20,000 nucleotides of DNA from Vicugna vicugna. Taxonomy: Eukaryota. Under the pieces are notes generated by a model, which was not told the DNA's origin, searched no databases, and saw nothing but the letters and a program-made list of their open reading frames with translations. Shown here piece after piece: positions 12,972-20,000 of the stretch (its first letter is position 1; every line of letters begins with the position of its first letter). Made by a program: the position numbers and the translations under genes. Where the stretch lies: the NCBI GenBank assembly GCA_013265495.1, contig MU057889.1:109679-129678 (forward strand). Direction: 5' to 3'.

Positions 12972-15059
12972 CTAAAATGGAAAAGTCAAGACCATAAGAT
13001 ATTAAACATCTTCAATTTACCTAATTCACTTTCATATTTTAGGGTGGTAGAGAACCACAGAGACAGGAGGTAGTGAACACACCAGAAAGGGTCAGGACTA
13101 ACACTAATTCCCAAGCCCTGACTGAATTATGACCAACTGGTAAGGAAGTAGGCATGTCAGGTCTGTGAATTAGGAATGAAAAGGACTGACGAGAGCCCAA
13201 AACCGTAATTCTGTTTCCTAGTTCTCAAAGCTGACAAGTACCTAAGCACAACTGGCAAGTGTGGTACAACAGGAGTAAAAAAACCACGTATAGAGCAAAG
13301 GGGGGTTGGAGGATGACATGCAAAGAAAATAGGAAAGATAGGGAATAGAAAAAATAATTATATGGAGAAAGAGAGCATTCAAGAAAAGGCAGGAATGTAT
13401 GAAAGAAAGCAGGGACTAAGTATAGCAGTGAAAGCGGAAAGCTGAAAAACAGAAGTCATGACTGGATCAGCACAGTTTACAAACCTAAATTTCAGCTTCA
13501 ATTGATTGGCTACAAACTTCTTTCTGTTCCAAATTCCCATGGGGTTGCAGGGTCAACTAAAGAGTATGACTGACCCCTAACGCAGTTACAGGCATGCAGT
13601 CAAGAAGAGAGGGACTCACACATACACAAATCACTGTACTTTCAATCCTTTACATCACACTGTAACTACTGTTTAGAGCTACACCACTTCCAATAAGCTG
13701 TTCAAAGCATCTCTGTAATTGACACTGCTGATTTAAGCCTCTGGTACCAGACACAGCTCATGGAACCAGATGACAAGCTGGAAGGAAAAGAAAATTTTCC
13801 TATCAAAGCAAAAAAACAAAAACAAAAACAAAAAAACTCGGGCTGGGGTGGGGGTTGCTAGAGTAAAATAAAATGTTGAGGGAGGTAGTCTGTAGACTAT
13901 TCAGAATGGTGATCACTTAATGGACAAGATTTATTAGCACTAATTAGGAGCTTAGCCATTTCCATTTAAGACAGCACTTAAACCGTAAGCTGGTCGAGGG
14001 CTAAGTGCTAAAGAATATAATAATAAAGAATATGCAACACTGTACAAGACTGCAGGGGGAAAAAAGGAATCTGGATCCCTCCTGATCTTTCCCCCAGCAT
14101 TACTAGAGGAAAAGAGGAGGGAAATAACACTGGACTAGGTGGAAGGCATGAGGAATCATACACTCCTAGCTCCAACCGTGAGAAGTCCATCGTCTTTTCC
14201 ATAATTAACCGTCCCAGAGGGGCAGCTCTACACTTGTTTTAATTATAATCCCAAAGGAAAACCTTATCTTGCAATAAAAAATAAACACCTAACTCCAGGA
14301 AGTCAATAATCCAGCCACATCCCTCAGGTTTGTACTTGTTTTCTCCAACGCTGAAATGGGAAAACATACCATCACTGAGGTGATAGGCTCCTTCCGCCTC
14401 TAAGTGTAAGCGGGGTAAATGAGTGCTAGAACCTCTACCTGAAAACTGAGTAAAGGAGCTGGTAATTTAGGCCAGGACCTTACGGGAGTTTCCATACTGT
14501 AGTGTCTGGCGTTTTCGCACACCCCAAAGTAAGTAAAGGCAAAGACACTTTTCTTAGAACACTTGGCATCTGTCCTCCACCTCAACTGTGCCTGCAAGCT
14601 GGGGCCTCCCTGTTCCACCCAATTCCCAAGACGGCAACTTGCCCACCCCGTTCGCCTACGCACTTTCTCACACCTTCCCCGACTTCTGCTCGCTCCTGCA
14701 GGTCCCTCCTCCCTGTCTCCCACGTTCAAAAAGCTCAACCCCTCTAACACCAGGCACCGCGAGACACCCCACCACCTTGGCATTCGAAGCGCCATCCCCT
14801 CCAGGACTAGTCCCAGGATCCTATCTTTCCCACGCCCTCCGGGCCTAAGCGCACGCCCCATCCCAGACCCTCACATCCTCCCATTCTAGGATGTCCCCAC
14901 GCCACGCCCCACGCCCCCTCCTCTGCAAGGCCCTCGACTCTGTTCTGCACCCAAGCCCCACGCCGTTTGAGCCCCACCACCTGCACTTCGCTCAGCCCCA
15001 CCAACGCCTGCGACTGCACCTGCCGCTAATTCTGAAATCATATCCTAAGGCCTTCTCAC

Positions 15060-15125
15060 CTGAGCCGCGTCCCTCAAGAATCCGCTGGGCTCCCTCTACC
15101 ATCCGTTCAGCGTTCAGCGGCGCAG
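15060..15125 (-). other. STT3A: Putative non-coding first exon of STT3A (5' end approximate)
   Basis: Good donor CAG|gtgaga at 15060/15059 inside the CpG island, downstream of a CCAAT box and followed by a G-rich intron start. The TSS position is inferred, not observed. Confidence 0.7.
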
Positions 15126-15163
15126 CCAACCCTGGCAGCGCCGGGTCTGCCTCCCGGGCCGCT

Positions 15164-15175
15164 CCCCATTGGCTG
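15164..15175 (-). promoter_or_regulatory. CCAAT box (NF-Y site)
   Basis: Minus strand CAGCCAATGGGG (ATTGG at 15168-15172), just upstream of the putative exon 1. Confidence 0.65.
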
Positions 15176-15404
15176 GCTCAGGGCCGATCTGATACTTAGT
15201 GAGAGCGATAGGATCGCGGAACTGTCTGTCAGGCTCGGAGGCGTGGACAAAGCCGCACTCCCGCTTTTTAACTGGACAATATAGATATCACTTAGCAGCG
15301 GGGAGGCGGGACTCGGTTCAACCGCCGAGCGGTGATAGGCCCGCTCGTGAGAGCGAGAGCGCGGAAAGAACTCGCTCGCAGCAGTTTGGTTGAGGGTCGA
15401 GCAG

Positions 15405-15413
15405 TGACGTGTC
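15405..15413 (+). promoter_or_regulatory. UPRE/XBP1-CREB3-like bZIP site
   Basis: TGACGTGTC (reverse complement GACACGTCA) within the promoter island. Confidence 0.55.
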
Positions 15414-15474
15414 CGTCTGAGGACCGCGGAGGAGTCGCGGACGGAAGGTGTGTTCTGTTCAGCCCAGTCGTGAA

Positions 15475-15521
15475 CGGAAGCGGAAACTACGCGAAGGAAT
15501 GGGTCGGAACTACAAATCCCC
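15475..15521 (+). promoter_or_regulatory. Tandem ETS/GABP sites plus ZNF143/THAP11-like motif
   Basis: CGGAAGCGGAAA at 15475-15486; ACTACAAATCCC(C) at 15509-15521, one mismatch to ACTAYRNNNCCCR. Confidence 0.6.
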
Positions 15522-16859
15522 AAAAACCAGCCTGTATTCGCTCCCCTCCGTTTCTGAGTTTTGTTTCTTTAACGGTAGAAGTTGGCTATTACCTCATATA
15601 AGGTTAAAGGAGAGGTGGGAAGAATTTTCTTCCTATTCTCAATGAAAACTCAAACGCTTCCCGGTCCAGGCCGTTGCATCCTGTACGGGATCTTGTCTGA
15701 CAGTTCGCCCAAGAGCCGTCTTGGACGATGCTCCGGTAAAGTGCAGTGGACGACAGCCCTGACCAGTTTCACGGGCCGTTTTCCTTTCTTAAACCCCTGA
15801 CCTCGTTAGTGAACATACCTGGGCTAGACGGATCGTCGGGTTTGGGCTGGAAGAATCCACGCCCCGGGCCGAGAGTCCATCGCTGCCGCGGAGGCGGTCC
15901 TCCGCAGCGGTAGACAGGCTTCTTCCGGGGAACCTGTCAGCTCACCCCTCTCTAAGATACCCGACAGTGAAAGCTGCCCTGACTCGCCGCCTCTCCCTTC
16001 CTCTCCTCCCCCGCAAAGAAAAGCTGCAAGGGCAGGGAAGGGGGCGAAGTTTCAGCAGCCAATCCCGTCACCTCTAGAGCCGCCCTCCCACTCCCTATAC
16101 ACCTTAAAGAGCAAGAGCTACACCAAGGAAAATGGGAGCATCGGCAACTCTTCTAACTTAGTCCCAGCGTCACTCATTTCCCTTCGCAGTTACTCTACTG
16201 TGAATGCAACCGACAAAACTTACTGAAAGCTTATTAAATCAGTGCTTCAAAATCACGTGTACTTCTCAAAATTCTCATGACCGGGTTCACCCCAAGACGT
16301 TATGATTCAACAGATCTGCTTTTTCGTTTTGTATTCATAATAATGTGTTTAATGTAATTTTATGAACAGAACTGAAGCTGAACCTGAAGGAATTGCAGGA
16401 CTTCATGTAAATGCTTCTTCAAAATGAGTTTTTTTTAAAGAGCTAAAATTGGAAAGATTCCTTTAGATTGAAAAACATACTGCTTCAAGAACATTAAGAT
16501 ATTGAAGTTCTTTTTTTGAATTACTGGACACGTTTCTTAAAAGGGACTATGTTTAAGTTTTCAGGTGATACAATTAAGTCAACTTTTTCAGAAGTCAAAA
16601 TATACTACTAAAGAACAGTTTAAAATCTAAGCCTATTTTTAGGCTGATTCTTTAATATAAGGGAAAGGTTTATAAGTAAAATCAAAGTCAGGATGGCAAA
16701 GTCATGGGGAAAATTATAGTTATTATAAACACAGAGGTTGTAAGTGAATTCAGCATATCCGTTCATCCTTCTCCTGACTTACCGGACCAAAAGTCTTGAT
16801 TTGGTTGTTTCAGAAAAACTTTTTTACAAGCCCATCAGTTATTTAAAATAATGCTATTT

Positions 16860-17160
16860 TTAGCTTGCCTTGTCAGAGTTCTGTCACTCCTGTGGAGCTT
16901 TTGGTCTTTCCTGAAGTGTGTCCTTACCTTTTTCATATCACTGATCAACAGAATGTCTTCTTGTCATCTGGAGCAGACCAGAGTTAACAATGTTTTCCTC
17001 TTGAAAATACTCTCCTCAGAACCTTCCTTTCCAAGTGTGCTGCACAGCAGTCTTACTAGGATTGCTCAAGGCACCTCTGATTTCACTATTTCATGGTGTT
17101 TGGCTGTTTTACTCAGTCATCTACTTCTTGGATTTATTTCTCACCTTGATAGATTCTCCA
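16860..17160 (+). mobile_element. L2 LINE internal fragment
   Basis: gttaacaatgttttcctcttgaaaatactctcctc...ggctgttttactcagtc resembles the L2 consensus. Confidence 0.45.
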
Positions 17161-17379
17161 AGTAACTTTTTCAGAAAAACTGAATAGAAAGCAAACAATG
17201 CTTTTATTTTGTCCTTAACAGCATAGCTAGGTTTAGTTATAGGAACAAAACTGGGACCCATCCATCCCAGACACACAGAAGCTCACCTAACAGCACACTG
17301 TCAAGGCATTGTAATTTCACCTTCTACTACCCAGAGTTGTCCCTGAGAAGTCTAATACCAATGTGAGTCACAGTCTCTT

Positions 17380-17880
17380 TTAGTAACCTATTTTTCTCCG
17401 ATGTCTTTCCTTAGAGATTCCATTTTGGGATTTTCTGGCTTTTTTTTTTCCCCATTGGTTTATGCTTGGCAGGCCCTTTCTATCCGAAAACTCTAAATAA
17501 TTTTCATCATCAGTCCTGGACATTTTCTGATTTTATTCTTGTCTCCATGCTTCTGTTCTCATTTTCTGAAACAAACGTTGGATCTGGTTCCTGGATGCCT
17601 CATGATTCTTAACTCTTCCCATGCCTTAATCTTTTTGCTCTTTGTTCTGAGAAATTTCCTCAACTTTATGTTGCAGTTCTCTGATTTAGCCCCCTCAACA
17701 TCACTTTTGTAAGCCATCTCATTTTATTTCCACAACTGTTTTCATTTCCAAGTACTTTCCCATTCTGTCCCCTTTTCACAACCTGTTTTTTATGGATGCA
17801 ACAGCTTACCAAGTATCTATGAAAGTAGTTATTAGAATTTTAAGTTTTATTTGTAGAATTACTTAAATTTCCTCCAGGGC
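17380..17880 (-). mobile_element. Old L1M fragment, antisense
   Basis: T-rich stretch with ttctgagaaatttcctcaactttat...ttttcatttccaag...tttttatggatgca, typical of antisense old L1 5'/ORF1 remnants. Confidence 0.6.
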
Positions 17881-17949
17881 CAGGTTACCCAACCTTGAGA
17901 TCTATGAAAATAGTAGCTATTTCAATACATAATTTTGAAAAATGTTGTT

Positions 17950-18080
17950 ACTTCTCAGTCTCCTACACTGTACTGTTAGGTCCAAGAGGACAATAATCCT
18001 ATTTCTGGTTCACTCTTGAATCCCCAGTACCCTACAGAGCCTGATAGAGAAGGCGCCCAAATGATTGTTACATGATTAAG
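17950..18080 (+). mobile_element. L2 3' end fragment
   Basis: ggttcactcttgaatccccagtaccctacagagcctga...gcgcccaaatgattgtt. Confidence 0.55.
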
Positions 18081-18319
18081 TCACCTGTCCCCCTCACTTT
18101 ATCCTTTACTGTTTCTATGGACTCACTTAGATCCATCCAGTATATTTTACTGGATATATGGCTCTGGTTATTAAAGAGACCTAACTTACACAATCACCTG
18201 ATGTCAGCTTCCTCTAGCTTCTCTCTATGGGTTGGAATGTAGCATAGGAGGAATGTTGGGATGGTGGTGGGGGGCGGAGATGACTGCTACAGTCCTCCAT
18301 CACACCACTGAAGAACTGA

Positions 18320-18450
18320 GAACCTTCACTAGAGCAATCTCCACGGAGGTAAACACGGAGTGCAGAAGCTGAGTAAGTGAACTACTTCTGTAATCAGAAA
18401 ATAAGTGGATGGAAAATGAACAGTGAACAATTACAGTTGCTCTTTTACTT
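18320..18450 (-). mobile_element. L2 fragment, antisense
   Basis: accttcactagagcaatctccacggag...ggatggaaaatgaacagtga...ctctttt resembles antisense L2. Confidence 0.4.
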
Positions 18451-20000
18451 CCACAGAGGTTATCCTTTAAGGTGGTTCACAAACCCGTAACCACTAGTTG
18501 CCCTCTTCTGGGCTTATTCCAATTTGTCACAATTTCTTGTAAACTTTATCTTGGCCGTTGCTAAGTGCAGAACAATTAACAAGTCAGGGCACAAGTCTGC
18601 CCATTGAAGTTCCCAGCAGACAACATATTCAGGTCTGAAGCATCTACTTTCTAGAGCTGCTATAATGCACAGCTCAGCTCTAGGGCAGGATAAGAGGGTA
18701 GTATTTTGAACCATACAGACCTGTCCAAGCTGTGATGTTTGTCCCTGAAAAGAGCTTCTGTGAACATGTTTCCTTAGAGCCTCCTGGCTACATGACTGAA
18801 ACTCAAGCTCTCATTTTCACCTTTAGTGATGTGCCCTCCCCGATTTTCAGTTACTCTCAGTCTGCCTTAAACTGCCATTCTGAACTTGACAAAAACAGAG
18901 CCGACCCTGCCTTTGGTCCCTATTTCCTAACCCCTGCCCTCAGAGGTCATACCCCAGGAAAAGGCAGAAGTTTACACTGCTTTTGTTTACATTTCATGAG
19001 ATCAGGAATACCTACAAAAAGAGAGATTTGATAATCTAGCCTTTGCACAGGCCTGGCCTCTTATTTACACTAATAAAACTTTACAGATTCCTCACTTCTA
19101 ATAACTTCAAATTCAAGCATTCTCTGTAGCTAGGCACGGTGCTGGATAATTCCACAGGCCTTCATCAACTCAACCTCCCTCACCTTCTAACACTAAGCTA
19201 AGACCAGCTTAGCTGGCACAAATAGGAATTTTAGGCAGCAAAGATGTGGCCATTTTAATCTGATTTTAAAAACTTCAGTTACTAATCTTAAAAAAGACAA
19301 TCCTGATCAGTTGCAAGCTGACGAAATACTGAGATCTTCTGCAAACCACTCTCACTACTGCACTGCTCTTCTTGAATGACCAGAGATGTCAGAGTACAGC
19401 CAGGACATCTTCAAGTGTCTTTTACAATTTTTTGTTCACAAGCTGGAAACACGTACTTCCAAAATATTCACAACTTTAAAACCTTCTCTATTTCAAACTT
19501 GGTTTACATCTCCTAGCAACAATTTCTAAATCCTTATTTTGTCTTCTACACAGTAAGGGTTTCTGTTAACTGAACATCTAATCTCTTCCCCAGTGAGAAT
19601 GTTCAGGTCGTTGAAGTCTAAAAGGATCTCCCTCCCTTCATAAATACACAGGAGAGATGTACATACAGACTTTAAAACAACGCAATCCCAAATTCTTTCA
19701 CAAGATGTTGACATGATTATAATCATATAACCCAAACTTCTTCGGGGAAACTTTTTCAGAACTAAATCTTCCAAATTATTATCTTGTGTTCCATGAATAT
19801 ATTTCTTGAAGTGATGACCTTTAAATTCAACCATTACACTCCTGTGGGAAACCAGCTCACATCTGTGACATCTTAAAACCATACAAGTGTTTTGAGGTCT
19901 GTCCCCTCCCCCTATATTTAGTCTCTTTAAAATGACAGGAAAACATCAAGCAATCACAGATGTAATGGGTTTAATACGTTTACCCCTTCAGTTCCTATTT

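Larger units (their letters stand above)
14500..16100. promoter_or_regulatory. CpG-island promoter of STT3A (likely bidirectional)
   Basis: Abrupt rise in GC and CpG density relative to the flanks, with cores at ~14830-15560 and ~15640-16090; no clear TATA box. Confidence 0.9.

Noticed and set aside
13503..13511. Consensus CCAAT box (AGCCAATCA, minus strand) in intron 1
   Set aside because: Isolated motif outside the CpG island with no other promoter features nearby.
15154..15172. ERSE-like CCAAT-N9-CCCGG
   Set aside because: The second half-site has two mismatches to CCACG; only the CCAAT box is supportable.
14400..15800. Many overlapping 60-150 aa ORFs in the promoter region
   Set aside because: Expected by-product of high GC content in a CpG island; low-complexity Pro/Arg/Gly-rich translations.
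19713..19726. 14-bp perfect palindrome ATGATTATAATCAT
   Set aside because: Short and AT-rich; likely to occur by chance in 20 kb.
19526..19882. 118-aa minus-strand ORF upstream of STT3A (possible neighbouring gene or pseudogene)
   Set aside because: No recognisable domain or exon structure, and no similarity I can see to the expected upstream neighbour EI24; length is compatible with chance.

Overview
Non-human placental-mammal genomic DNA carrying the 5' part of STT3A (catalytic subunit of the oligosaccharyltransferase OST-A) on the minus strand. I assembled by hand a putative non-coding exon 1 in a CpG island (~15060-15125) and 14 coding exons (exons 2-15; ATG at 12932). All coding-exon junctions are GT-AG, phases are consistent, and together they give 1774 coding nt (591 codons + 1 nt) with no frameshift or stop. 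The remaining 3' exons lie left of the window. The promoter island (~14500-16100) holds a CCAAT box, an XBP1/UPRE-like site, tandem ETS sites and a ZNF143-like motif. Introns and the upstream region contain only old mammalian repeats (MIR, L2, L1M, MER5A/hAT), identified from remembered consensus similarity, plus a (CA)n microsatellite. I see no novel gene system: this is a conserved housekeeping locus. The leads worth checking are RNA-level and speculative. They include a strong in-frame cryptic acceptor (candidate alternative last exon) in intron 9, a ~190-nt strand-biased hairpin in intron 3, uORFs in the 5' UTR, a candidate poison exon, a (UG)15 tract near a donor site and a possible upstream alternative first exon.
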